DNA from: Thermoplasmata archaeon
GTDB taxonomy: Archaea; Thermoplasmatota; Thermoplasmata; Lutacidiplasmatales; UBA184
Assembly: GCA_021791335.1 (NCBI GenBank)
Contig: JAJYWS010000036.1
Coordinates: 2-64,001, forward strand
Length of the DNA: 64,000 bases
Direction of reading: 5' to 3'
Shown here: one piece after another, positions 21,022 to 30,395 of the stretch
Numbering within the stretch: position 1 is the first letter of the stretch
How the letters are laid out: each line of letters starts with the position of its first letter
Notes under the pieces: generated by a model
What the model saw: only the letters and a program-made list of their open reading frames with translations
What the model was told of the DNA's origin: nothing
The model's database searches: none
Program-made: the position numbers and the translations under genes

Positions 21022-21481
21022 GCCGCTCCCGGACGATCAGCACCGGACAGTTCACGTGGTGGAGCACCGACTCGGAAACGCTCCCGAGCAGGATGCGCCG
21101 GGCGGTGGATAGCCCCCGGGACCCGAGCACCAGCAGATCGGTCGGGTGCCGCTCGAGATGCATCAGGAGTTCGTCGACCACCACCCCCTCGAGGCAGATC
21201 CCGGTCACCTGGGTGAGTCCTTGGGATTCGGCTCGGGCCACCGCGGCGCTGACGATCTGTTGGTAGCGCCCGGACTCGGACTCGAGGACCTGGGTCGCCA
21301 CCCACGGCTCCGTCGGCGAGACATACATCGGATGTACCGGCGCCACGGCGAGGATCCCGAGGGAGGCCCCGTAGTGCTTCGCGAGATCGATCGCCATCTC
21401 AAGGGCGGCCCCCGCGCACGGAGATCCGTCGACCGCCACGGCAATTCGCTGGACCGACTGGGGACTCATCGTGCGGTTCAT
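20978..21481 (-). CDS. universal stress protein (UspA family)
   Basis: 167 aa. IAVAVDGSP...LLVLGSRGLSTARRILLGSVSESVLHHVNCPVLIVR is the classic USP ATP-binding tail. It overlaps the L10e 3' end convergently by 44 nt. Confidence 0.9.
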   Translation of the reverse strand: MNRTMSPQSVQRIAVAVDGSPCAGAALEMAIDLAKHYGASLGILAVAPVHPMYVSPTEPWVATQVLESESGRYQQIVSAAVARAESQGLTQVTGICLEGVVVDELLMHLERHPTDLLVLGSRGLSTARRILLGSVSESVLHHVNCPVLIVRERPTPPPVPPSESPHA

Positions 21482-21618
21482 GGAACCGTCCTACAAGGGG
21501 CTTACGCAAGCCGTTGAAACGGATCGGGTCCGGAGCCCGAACTCCGGCGGCCGGCTCCTGCGCGCCCGGGCCTCATGCACCGATCCATCCCGCTGCCGGA
21601 GTCGGCCCGCCGGCCGAA

Positions 21619-21721
21619 TAGCGGGGCATGGATTTGAACCATGGATCTACGGGTTATGAGCCCGTCGGGATTTCAGGACGGCCCCCAACGGGAACCGTTT
21701 TCCTGACTACCCTACCCCGCT
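21619..21721 (-). tRNA. initiator tRNA-Met (CAU) with a ~28-nt insertion in the D-loop
   Basis: The minus strand reads AGCGGGG...CCCCGCT-A. A1:U72 pair and three G:C pairs in the anticodon stem (ACGGG-CTCATAA-CCCGT, CAT at 21658-21656). T arm CATGG-TTCAAAT-CCATG. D stem GGGT/TCCC is separated by 38 nt. Removing about 21671-21698 leaves a 10-nt D-loop AGTCAGGAAA and a 75-nt tRNA. Confidence 0.8.
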
Positions 21722-21744
21722 GCGGGCAGGCCGAGCATGAAACC

Positions 21745-21752
21745 CTATATGA
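21745..21752 (-). promoter_or_regulatory. TATA box candidate for the initiator tRNA
   Basis: The minus strand reads TCATATAG, centred about 28 nt upstream of the tRNA 5' end (21721). This is the expected archaeal spacing. Confidence 0.4.
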
Positions 21753-21848
21753 GCTTCCACCGCCGCGCGCCCGCGGACCGGCGGCCTGGGCCGGGAAACT
21801 CGGGGGGACGGGGCTTCCGCTCAAATCCGTTCGGCCGTTCCCCCACCG

Positions 21849-23690
21849 ATGGACGCGGAAGCTGCCGCGCTCGAGCTGCCGGTTCCGAACAGCCTCTACG
21901 ACTACGGGGCCATCGGGAACCTCCACAGCGTGGCGCTCGTCTCGCGGCACGGATCGATCGACTGGCTCTGCTGGCCCCGGTTCGCGTCACCGAGCCTCCT
22001 CGCCCGGATCCTGGACCCCCGGATCGGGGGTCATGTGGCCGTCCGGCCGCCGGAACCGAGCGTGAGCCACCAACGGTACGTCCCGTCGACCAACCTCCTC
22101 GAAACCGTCTTCGAACTCTCCGACGGTCGGAGCCTGACGGTGACCGACTTCATGGCGGTCGAAGCCGGGGTTTCGGAACCGGAGCATCCCGTGCTGCTCC
22201 GTGGGCTGGAGGCCGGCCGGGGCGAGGTCACGGTCCAGATCGAAATTTACCCCCGGTTCAACTACGGGGCGGAGACGCCCGAGTGGAGCGAGCGGACCGC
22301 CCATTGGATCGGGCGATCCCCGAGCGGCGCCGTGTGGGTGACCGCCCCCGCCCCCCTCACCGTCGCCCCGAGGGGCTTGGGCGGCCGCTGGACCCTGGCC
22401 CCCGGCGTCCGGCAGTACCTCCAACTGGGCTGGGGCCACGATCCTCCCGCCCTCGGAGACCCGACCGAGCTCCAACGGCGGACGGCCGACTTCTGGCGGG
22501 CCTGGGTCGGGGCGGGGCGATCCCGCCGGAGCCGCCCCGCCGATCCGGAGCCGCCCCTAATGGAACGCTCGGAACTGGTCCTGAAGCTCCTCTCCCACGC
22601 CACGTCCGGAGCCTTCGTGGCGGCGCCGACCACCTCCCTGCCCGAGTGGCCCGGCGGGAGCCGCAACTGGGACTACCGGTATGTCTGGATCCGGGACGCG
22701 GCCTTCTCGGCCCAGACCCTCCTCTCCCGGGGTCATCTCGAGGAAGCCCATGCGTACCTCCGATGGGTCACCGCCCGGCTCCGGCAGAGCGGCTCCCGCC
22801 CGCTGCGCGTGCTCTATGCCGCCCACGGCAACCCCGACCTCTCCGAACGGCCCCTCCCCCACCTCCGGGGCTTCCTCGATTCCCGCCCGGTCCGGGTCGG
22901 GAACGGCGCCGCGTCGCAGTTCCAGCTCGACATCTTCGGTGAACTCCTCGACGCGGCGGCCCTGCTGGCCCGGGTCGATCCCCCGAGCCGGGCCGAAGTC
23001 TGGCCGGAACTCGAGCCGGTCGCGGAAGTCATCGAACGGTGCTGGGCGAACCCCGACCGGAGCCTCTGGGAGATCCGGGGGCCCCCGGACCACTACGTCC
23101 ACTCCAAGGTGATGGCTTGGGTGGGACTGGATCGGGCCGCGACCCTCTGCCGCTGGAGTCACGATCGGTCCGGGGAGGTGCGATATCGCCGGGCGGCCGA
23201 GGAGGTCCGCCATGAGGTGCTCACCCGCGGGGTCGATCCGGACCACGGGGGTTTCGAGCAGGCGTTCGGCAACCGGAGGATCGACGCGGCCAACCTTCGG
23301 ATCCCGATGGTCGGATTCCTCCCCTACGACGATCCCCGGATCCGGGCGACCGTCCTTTGGGTCGAACGGGATCTCTCCCACGGACCGTTCGTCTACCGGT
23401 ACCGGGGCGGTGACCATCTCGAGGGCCCGGAGGGGGCGTTCCTGCCCTGCGGCTTCTGGCTCGTCCATTGCCTGGCCCGGATCGGTGAACCCGACCGCGC
23501 CCGGGAACGCCTGGCGGGGCTCATCGAAGCGGCCGGCCCGCTGGGATTGCTCCCGGAGGAGTTTGATCCCGAGGGGCGGGTTCCGCTCGGGAACTTTCCG
23601 CAGGCGTTCAGCCATGTCGCGTACCTGAGGGCGCTGGAAGCGCTCGCCGGTGCCTCGCGGCCGGCGAATCGTCGACCGGAAATGGTTTAG
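21849..23690 (+). CDS. glycoside hydrolase family 15 (glucoamylase/trehalase-type)
   Basis: 613 aa. N-terminal YDYGAIGNLHSVALVSRHGSIDWLCWPRFASPS, later WDYRYVWIRDAAF and ...FPQAFSHVAYL, typical of the GH15 (alpha/alpha)6 barrel. Confidence 0.9.
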   Translation: MDAEAAALELPVPNSLYDYGAIGNLHSVALVSRHGSIDWLCWPRFASPSLLARILDPRIGGHVAVRPPEPSVSHQRYVPSTNLLETVFELSDGRSLTVTDFMAVEAGVSEPEHPVLLRGLEAGRGEVTVQIEIYPRFNYGAETPEWSERTAHWIGRSPSGAVWVTAPAPLTVAPRGLGGRWTLAPGVRQYLQLGWGHDPPALGDPTELQRRTADFWRAWVGAGRSRRSRPADPEPPLMERSELVLKLLSHATSGAFVAAPTTSLPEWPGGSRNWDYRYVWIRDAAFSAQTLLSRGHLEEAHAYLRWVTARLRQSGSRPLRVLYAAHGNPDLSERPLPHLRGFLDSRPVRVGNGAASQFQLDIFGELLDAAALLARVDPPSRAEVWPELEPVAEVIERCWANPDRSLWEIRGPPDHYVHSKVMAWVGLDRAATLCRWSHDRSGEVRYRRAAEEVRHEVLTRGVDPDHGGFEQAFGNRRIDAANLRIPMVGFLPYDDPRIRATVLWVERDLSHGPFVYRYRGGDHLEGPEGAFLPCGFWLVHCLARIGEPDRARERLAGLIEAAGPLGLLPEEFDPEGRVPLGNFPQAFSHVAYLRALEALAGASRPANRRPEMV

Positions 23691-23774
23691 TGACTCGGTC
23701 CCTTCCCCGCGCACCACCCGGACGCCCGCCCCGACCCCCGACGTGGAGCCCGGGGCCTGACTCCGGCGAAGAGC

Positions 23775-25151
23775 ATGATCCGCTTGTGCATCAACACCCA
23801 GACGCCCCCGGTCCGTCCGCTACCGGCGGCCCGCCGGCGAGGGGCCCGGCCCTGGCGGCTGGGGACGGAGTACACGGAACAGGTGGGCGGGGTGGTCCCG
23901 ATGATGCGGGCCTTGCTCCGCGCCGGGGGCGGCCGATGGATCGCCCCGGAGCCCCGGTGGGTCGCCCTGGGTACCGAGGAGATGCCGGCGGAGCTGCGGA
24001 CCGACGAGGGGTACCGACTCGAACTGGTCCGCCTGACGGCCGAGCAGCGTCGGCTCTACGGTCGGTTCAAGGAAGCGGTCTGGGCGTCGTTCCACGGGCC
24101 CGGGTTCCCCGAGTTCGTTCCGGCCGAGTACCGGGCCTTTGTGGAGTACTCCACCCAGACCGCCCTGACGCTGCTGACCCACCTCGGCGAATACGATCTC
24201 TTCTACATCAACGACTTCCAGCAGCTCCTGGTGGGCTCCCTGATCGGGTCGGCCGCCCCGACCCTCCTGCGCTGGCACATCCCGCTGGAGTTTCGCGGGT
24301 ACCCGGAGCCGGTGCGTCGCTTCTTCCTCCGATCCATGGAGGGATTCGACGCGATCGTCGTGAGCACCCGCGGGGCCCTCGAAGAACTGATCCGGAGCGG
24401 CTTCCAGGGCCGGGCGTTCCAGGTCTATCCGTATGTGGATCCCGCCGAGCACCGGCGCGCGCCGCCCGGGGCGGCCGACCGGTTCCGGGAACGGTTCCGG
24501 CTCGGGGACGGTCCGCTCGTCGTCAACGTCGCCCGGCTCGACCCGGTGAAGCGGCAGGACCTGCTGATCGACGCGTTTGCCCCGGTGGCCCGACGGATCC
24601 CGTCGGCCCGGCTGGTCCTGGTCGGCGGCGGCAGCTTCTCCACCCGGCAGCTGGCCGCGCCGTCGGAACGATCCAAGGCCGTTGAGTGGGAGGAACGGCT
24701 CCGTCGTCAGATCCATAGCCGCCGCCTCGACTCCCAGGTCGTCATCACCGGAGCGGTGCCCTCCGAGGTCCGGGACGCGGCCTACGACGCCGCGGCGGTC
24801 TTCGTTCACCCCGCCCCGTGGGAGGGCTTCGGACTGGTGGTGGTCGAAGCCTGGCTCCACCACCGTCCGGTGGTGGTCAGCCGGGGCGCGGGGGTCGCCG
24901 AACTGGTCGACGACGGACTCAACGGTTTCTCGACCCCACCGGCGTCGGTCCCCCGGCTCTCGCAGGCGATCGACTACCTGCTGCGGCATCCCGCCGAGGC
25001 CGAAGCGATGGGTCACGCCGGGGCGCTCACGGCGCGGCGGGTCTTCGTCCAGCGCGCCGCCAGCCGGCTGCGCGGGATCTTCGAGGAAGCGATCCATATC
25101 TACGAGCGTGACCACCTGACGCCGGCCACCTCCTGGAGGCGGTCGGGGTGA
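23775..25151 (+). CDS. GT-B fold glycosyltransferase (GT4-like; possible sugar-phosphate/compatible-solute synthase)
   Basis: 458 aa. The C-terminal half has the GT4 signature (...FVHPAPWEGFGLVVVEAWLHHRPVVVSRGAGVAELVDDGLNGF). The N-terminal half loosely resembles retaining sugar-phosphate synthases (YINDFQQ..., RWHIPLEF). Confidence 0.85.
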   Translation: MIRLCINTQTPPVRPLPAARRRGARPWRLGTEYTEQVGGVVPMMRALLRAGGGRWIAPEPRWVALGTEEMPAELRTDEGYRLELVRLTAEQRRLYGRFKEAVWASFHGPGFPEFVPAEYRAFVEYSTQTALTLLTHLGEYDLFYINDFQQLLVGSLIGSAAPTLLRWHIPLEFRGYPEPVRRFFLRSMEGFDAIVVSTRGALEELIRSGFQGRAFQVYPYVDPAEHRRAPPGAADRFRERFRLGDGPLVVNVARLDPVKRQDLLIDAFAPVARRIPSARLVLVGGGSFSTRQLAAPSERSKAVEWEERLRRQIHSRRLDSQVVITGAVPSEVRDAAYDAAAVFVHPAPWEGFGLVVVEAWLHHRPVVVSRGAGVAELVDDGLNGFSTPPASVPRLSQAIDYLLRHPAEAEAMGHAGALTARRVFVQRAASRLRGIFEEAIHIYERDHLTPATSWRRSG

Positions 25152-25912
25152 TTCGGACGACTCCTCCGCGATCCGACGGGAGGTTCGGGGCGACCATCGA
25201 TTTCTGGCACACCCTGGCGATCCCTCGCCCCGAGGCGATTCCGGGGATCGTGGCCGCTCGTCGGGCATCGTGGATCCGGGCCTTGACGCGGGCCCGGGCC
25301 GCCCACCTGCCCTCCGAGGCAGAGTTCGCCCGTTTCGAGCGATGGTGCGCGACCGAGGAGCGGAAGGGCCGGGCGCCCGACCTCCAACGCCAGGCCGGCT
25401 GGATGGCCCAGCGGACCGGCGGCCAGGTCCAGGTGACCCCCCTGCGGCGCGATCTGGACCGGGGCATCCTTTCCGCCCCGATCGAGCTGGCTCCCGGCGC
25501 CCGGCCGGTGTTGGCCCGGTTACGGCGCGCCGGTTTCCGGATCGCCCTCCTCTCGAACCTGATCTTCGAGTCGCCGAGGGCGATCCGCCAATTGTTGACC
25601 CGTTGGGAGATCCTCGCCTATCTGGATGCGATGGTGACCTCCGCGGACGCCCCGTGGTCCAAGCCGGATCCGCGGATCTACCGGCGGGCCCTCCGCCGGT
25701 TGGGGGTGGCCCCGTCCCGAGCGATCCACCTCGGCGACCTGCCGCTCGATGTCGAGGGGGCCCGAGCGGCCCGCATGGCCGCCGCGCGCATCGATCCCCA
25801 TTCCCGCCGTCCGGCCCGCCGGACCGACCCCCGGGTGGTCGGGTATGCTTCCTGGAAAGAGGTCACCGTGGAGAGCCTGCGACAGACCATCCTCGCCCCG
25901 GAGGCGGCGTAG
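25148..25912 (+). CDS. HAD-superfamily hydrolase (subfamily IA-like)
   Basis: 254 aa. Motif II LLSN, motif III KPDPRIY, motif IV HLGDLPLDVEGA. Motif I is atypical (IDFWHTL rather than DxDGT). GTGA overlap with the glycosyltransferase gene. Confidence 0.8.
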   Translation: MIRTTPPRSDGRFGATIDFWHTLAIPRPEAIPGIVAARRASWIRALTRARAAHLPSEAEFARFERWCATEERKGRAPDLQRQAGWMAQRTGGQVQVTPLRRDLDRGILSAPIELAPGARPVLARLRRAGFRIALLSNLIFESPRAIRQLLTRWEILAYLDAMVTSADAPWSKPDPRIYRRALRRLGVAPSRAIHLGDLPLDVEGARAARMAAARIDPHSRRPARRTDPRVVGYASWKEVTVESLRQTILAPEAA

Positions 25913-25916
25913 CCCG

Positions 25917-27779
25917 ATGACGAGCGGGGCCGCACCGCCGCTCGGCGATCCGGGCCGGATCTCCCAGGGGCTTCGCCGACTGTCCTCGGGGGGGGCCCGG
26001 AGCCTGTACCGCTGGGCGTTGATCGGGGTCAGCGTGGGGATCATCGCCGGCATTGTCGCGATCGCGTTCTTTGAGGCCCTGACCGTGGTCAGCAACGGCC
26101 TCCTCGGGGGCCTTCTCGGGATCAACCTTCCGGTCAACGGGGTGCCCCCCGGCGCGGCGTTTTCCTGGAGCACCGATCCGCACCGGTTTTTCCTGCTGAT
26201 CGGCATCCTGGTCCTCGGGGGACTCGGCACCGGACTCCTGATCCGCTTTGTCGCGCCGGAAACCGAGGGCCACGGCACCGACCAGTCGATCCGGGCCTTC
26301 CATCGCGGCCGGGGGGTCGTCCGCTACCGGGTACCGGCCATCAAGTTCCTGGCCTCGACCCTGACCTTGGGGACCGGGGGCAGCGGAGGGCGGGAGGGTC
26401 CGACCGCCCAGATCGGATCGGGGCTCGGGAGCTTCCTGGCCCACCCCCTCAAGCTGACGACCCAGGAACGGCGGGTGGCGATGATGGCCGGGGTCGGGGC
26501 CGGCATCGGGGCGATCTTCAAGGCGCCCTTCGGGGCCGCGCTGCTGTCGAGCGAGATCCTCTACCTCTCCGACTTCGAGCCGGAGGTGATCATGCCGTCG
26601 ATCATCGCCTCCGTCATCTCCTACTCGATCTTCGGGTCGGTCGAGGGATTCGGCCCGGAGTTCGTCATCCCGGGGGGCATCGGCTGGACTCCGGCGCAGC
26701 TCCCGGTCTACGCGCTCCTGGGGCTGGTCGCGGGGCTCTTCGGCATCCTCTACGTTGTGAGCTTTTATCGGACCCGGGCGTTCTTCCGGTCGATCCGCGT
26801 ACCCCGGGTCGCGGTCCCGGCGGCCGGGGTCGCCCTCATGGGGGGGGTCCTGGCCGCCCTGTACTATCTCGTCCCCCAGTACCAGCACTTCCTCGCGGTG
26901 GGCGCCATCGGGATCGGCTACGGGGTGGTCCAATGGATGCTGTTCCAGGGGCATCTGCCCCTCTTCTTCCTCCTGCTCGTCGTGGGGCTCATCTTCGTGA
27001 AGATCCTGGCGACGTCGCTCACCGTCGGCTCGGGGGGGAGCGCCGGCCTCTTCGGGCCGGGCATCGTCATTGGCGCGACGATCGGTTTCTCGGTGATCAG
27101 CCTCATGGACCTCGCCTTCCCCAGCCTGGCGGCCCCCCAGGATGTGACCGCCTTCGCCATCATCGGGATGATGGCGTTCTTCGGCAGCGTTTCGAAGGCG
27201 CCGATCGCGGTGATCCTCATGGTCGTCGAGATGACGGGGTCGGAGGCGCTGTTGGTCCCGGCCATGGTGGCGATCTTCATCGGCTACTACGTCACGGGCC
27301 ACTACCACCTCTACGAGGAGCAGGTGGAGAACCGCCTCGCCTCGCCCTCCCATACGACCGAGTACTTCGCCGAGTTCCTCCGCCACATGCCGACCTCGCG
27401 GGCCCTCGATCCCCAGGTTGCGACCGTCTCCGCCACCGCGACCGTCGAGGCCGCGGGCTTCGCGTTGTCCCACTCGACGCTCCCGGTACTGGCCGTTCTC
27501 CAGGAGGGGCGCCTGGTCGGGGAGGTACGGCTGGCCGATATCCTCGGCGTCCCTCCCCGGCTGCGCCCGACGCAACCGGTCGGATCGATCGCCCGCGAAA
27601 CCTTCCCCACCCTCACGCCCGACTCCACCCTGCTCGAGGCGGTCGGGCTCATGGACGCGGAGGGGGTCGAGGCGGTCTTGGTGGTCACCCCCACCCATCC
27701 CCCCCAGCTGGCCGGCGCCGTCACCCGGGAGCGGGTGGTCAATTTCCAGAGGTCCCCCGGGGCCGGCAACGGAGGATAG
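25917..27779 (+). CDS. ClC-family chloride channel/antiporter with a C-terminal CBS pair
   Basis: 620 aa from the ATG at 25917. Multiple TM helices, selectivity-filter-like GGSGGREGP and GIGAIFKAPFG, GSGGSAGLFGP. The C-terminal ~150 aa is CBS-like. The track ORF start at 25749 overlaps the HAD gene and was trimmed. Confidence 0.9.
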   Translation: MTSGAAPPLGDPGRISQGLRRLSSGGARSLYRWALIGVSVGIIAGIVAIAFFEALTVVSNGLLGGLLGINLPVNGVPPGAAFSWSTDPHRFFLLIGILVLGGLGTGLLIRFVAPETEGHGTDQSIRAFHRGRGVVRYRVPAIKFLASTLTLGTGGSGGREGPTAQIGSGLGSFLAHPLKLTTQERRVAMMAGVGAGIGAIFKAPFGAALLSSEILYLSDFEPEVIMPSIIASVISYSIFGSVEGFGPEFVIPGGIGWTPAQLPVYALLGLVAGLFGILYVVSFYRTRAFFRSIRVPRVAVPAAGVALMGGVLAALYYLVPQYQHFLAVGAIGIGYGVVQWMLFQGHLPLFFLLLVVGLIFVKILATSLTVGSGGSAGLFGPGIVIGATIGFSVISLMDLAFPSLAAPQDVTAFAIIGMMAFFGSVSKAPIAVILMVVEMTGSEALLVPAMVAIFIGYYVTGHYHLYEEQVENRLASPSHTTEYFAEFLRHMPTSRALDPQVATVSATATVEAAGFALSHSTLPVLAVLQEGRLVGEVRLADILGVPPRLRPTQPVGSIARETFPTLTPDSTLLEAVGLMDAEGVEAVLVVTPTHPPQLAGAVTRERVVNFQRSPGAGNGG

Positions 27780-28014
27780 GCGGACCGCCCCATCGAGGCG
27801 TGGGGGCCCAAGACTCCCCCGTCCGACCGCGGCCCGATGAGGGGGTCGTCGAACCGTTCGAACGACCGCAGGGAATCTGGGCCCTCGCGGACCGCACCGC
27901 CGGCCAGCGCCGATCGAGCCCGGATCGGGCACCCCTCGCCCGGGCCACCCGCCTACGTCGACCCCCCGCGGCGGAGCGGGCGCCCCGGCCGCCGCCGCCG
28001 CCCGGGTTGACCCC

Positions 28015-30117
28015 CTACCAGATCTCGACCCGCTCCTCGGGCGCCCGCCAGAGCGGGTCGCCGGGGCGGACATCGAAGGCGCGGTAGAACGCCTCGAGAT
28101 TCGAGAGGGGCCCGATCGCCCGGAACCTCACCGGGGAGTGGGGGTCGATGGTGAGCCGAAGCCGGAGCGCCGGCTCGCGATACGCCCCCCGCCAGAGCTG
28201 GGCAAACGAGAGGAAGAACCGTTGCTCCGGGGTGAAGCCGTCGATCGTGGGAGAGGGGGCGACAGAGGTCCCGCGACTCCGGCGGAACGCCTCCAAGGCG
28301 ATCGAAACCCCCCCCAGGTCGGCAATGTTCTCGCCCAGGGTGAGTTCCCCATTCACCCGGGCGCCCGGCAGGGCCTCATAGCCCCCGTACTGGCGGACCG
28401 ACCGCTGGGCCCGCGACTCGAACTCGGCCTGATCGCCGGGCTGCCACCAATCCTTGAGGTTCCCTTCGGCGTCGTAGCGCCGGCCCTGGTCGTCGTACCC
28501 GTGCGTGATCTCGTGGCCGATCACCGCGCCGATCGCGCCGTAGTTCACCGCGTCGTCCTGGTCCAGGTCGAAGAACGGCGGCTGGAGGATGCCCGCCGGA
28601 AAGACGATCTCATTCAGGGAGGGGTGGAAGTAGGCGTTGACCTGGGGCGGGGTCATCTCCCACTCGGACCGGTCGACCGGCCGGCCCATACGCCGCCAGC
28701 GGCGGCCGACTTCGAAGGCCCGGGACCGGGCCACGTTGCCCCAGAGATCGGCCCGGTCGATGCCCACGTCCGAGTAGTCCCGGAACCGCTCGGGGTGCCC
28801 GATCTTCACCCGGAAGCGGTCGAACTTGGCCAACGCCCTCTCCCGGGTCTCGGGGCTCATCCAGGGGACCCGGGCGAGCCGATCCCGGAACACCGCCCGC
28901 AGATCGGCCACCAGCGCCTCCATACGACGACGGGCCTCCGGAGGAAAGTACCGTTCGACATAGAGTTCCCCGAGGGCCTCCCCGAGGCAGCCGTCGATCA
29001 ACTCCGTGGCCCGCTTCCACCGGGGCTCGGGCTCCGGCTGACCTTGGAGGATCTTGTGGTAGAACTCGAAGTTCTCGGTTTCAAAGGCCGACGAGATCCA
29101 GGGGGCGGCGGCGCGCAGCAGATGCCAGCGCAGGTAGACGAGCCAGGTCGCCGGCGGCCGGTCGGCGACCAGTTGATTGAGCCGGTCCAGGAACTCGGGT
29201 TGCCCCACGACCAGATAGGCGGGCGTCACCCCCCCACGCGCCTCCAGGTACTCGCGCCACCGAAGGTTCGGGTAGTCCCGTTCCAGCTCCCCGAGTTGGC
29301 GCCGGTGGTAGTTCTTGAGTTCGTCCCGCAGTTCGGTGCGCGAGCGGCTCGCCCGGGCGAGCTCGGTTTCGAGATCGAGGATCGCCGCGGCGGCGGTGTG
29401 GGCTTCGGCCGGGGCATCTCCCAGAAGGACCAGGTTCCTTTCGAGATGCGCCAGAAAGGCGGTCCGGATCCCGAGGAAACTGTCGGCCAGGTAATACTCC
29501 CGGTCCGGCAGCGAGAGGCCGCCCTGCTCCAGGTAGGGCGCATACCGGCCGCTGTCCTGCCGGTCGACGTCGACGTACGCCGAGAAGGCCGCACCGATCC
29601 CGAGATCGTGCCAGCGGCCGAGGAGCTGGGGCAGCCGGGCCGGCCACTCGCCGGGCGCGAGCCGGGCGAGCTCTCCCTCGAGGGGGCTGATCCCCCGGGC
29701 TTCGATGGTGGCCCGGTCCATGACCGAGGCAAAGAAATCCCCGACCAGCCGGACGGCCGGGCGGAGGTCCGAGGGGGTTCTCCGGACCGCCGATTCGCAT
29801 TCGACCAGGATCGCGTGGAGCTTCGACAGGTTCGCCTCGGCCAGTGCTTGGAACGACGACCAGGAGGAGCGGTCCTGGGGTATCGGGTTCCGGGCGATCC
29901 ACCCGCCGGCCGCGAAGGTGTAGATGTCGTCCTGAGGGCGCACGGACCGGTCCAGGTGGGCGACCGAAAATCGGAGGGAATCCGGCGACCCGGAATCCGG
30001 GCGGGCACCCGCGGGAGGGGAGAGCGCCGGTCGATCGGAGGGCGGTTCAGTCATCCGGAGGTTGAGCCCCATGGAACTAATGCGCTTTGCGCTCAAACCT
30101 CCCCTAGGGGCCCGCAC
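28015..30117 (-). CDS. M13-family zinc metallopeptidase (neprilysin/PepO-like)
   Basis: Up to 700 aa. VNAYFHPSLNEIVFPAGILQPPFF, HEITHGYDDQG (HExxH), GENIADLGG (ExxxD). No obvious N-terminal hydrophobic signal. Alternative ATG starts lie at 30072 and 30054. Confidence 0.9.
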   Translation of the reverse strand: MRAPRGGLSAKRISSMGLNLRMTEPPSDRPALSPPAGARPDSGSPDSLRFSVAHLDRSVRPQDDIYTFAAGGWIARNPIPQDRSSWSSFQALAEANLSKLHAILVECESAVRRTPSDLRPAVRLVGDFFASVMDRATIEARGISPLEGELARLAPGEWPARLPQLLGRWHDLGIGAAFSAYVDVDRQDSGRYAPYLEQGGLSLPDREYYLADSFLGIRTAFLAHLERNLVLLGDAPAEAHTAAAAILDLETELARASRSRTELRDELKNYHRRQLGELERDYPNLRWREYLEARGGVTPAYLVVGQPEFLDRLNQLVADRPPATWLVYLRWHLLRAAAPWISSAFETENFEFYHKILQGQPEPEPRWKRATELIDGCLGEALGELYVERYFPPEARRRMEALVADLRAVFRDRLARVPWMSPETRERALAKFDRFRVKIGHPERFRDYSDVGIDRADLWGNVARSRAFEVGRRWRRMGRPVDRSEWEMTPPQVNAYFHPSLNEIVFPAGILQPPFFDLDQDDAVNYGAIGAVIGHEITHGYDDQGRRYDAEGNLKDWWQPGDQAEFESRAQRSVRQYGGYEALPGARVNGELTLGENIADLGGVSIALEAFRRSRGTSVAPSPTIDGFTPEQRFFLSFAQLWRGAYREPALRLRLTIDPHSPVRFRAIGPLSNLEAFYRAFDVRPGDPLWRAPEERVEIW

Positions 30118-30395
30118 TCACCGGAGGGGAGCCGCGCCGACGTTCACGGCCGAAGCCGGAGGCGACCGATCGTCGGTGCACTTCCCAGATCGGGCCTTCC
30201 GCTCCTCGGCGACCGGGACCTCCGTCGCGGACCACCGGTCTCCGTTCCGGCGCGTGGGTGTCGGAAAACCGAGGGAGCGATCCGGCCGATCCCCGGCGGA
30301 GAGCCCCGGGACGACGGCCTCCCGGAGGATTGCGTCACTTCCTCTCTCTCGCGCCTGCCGAGCGTCCGAGCCGACCCCAGGGGTTGGCATCCGGC

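Noticed and set aside
27845-27866. Imperfect palindrome GTCGTCGAACCGTTCGAACGAC in the convergent ClC / M13-peptidase spacer.
   Set aside because: It is a short hairpin with essentially no loop, in a convergent intergenic region. It is at most a weak terminator and is not repeated elsewhere in the window.
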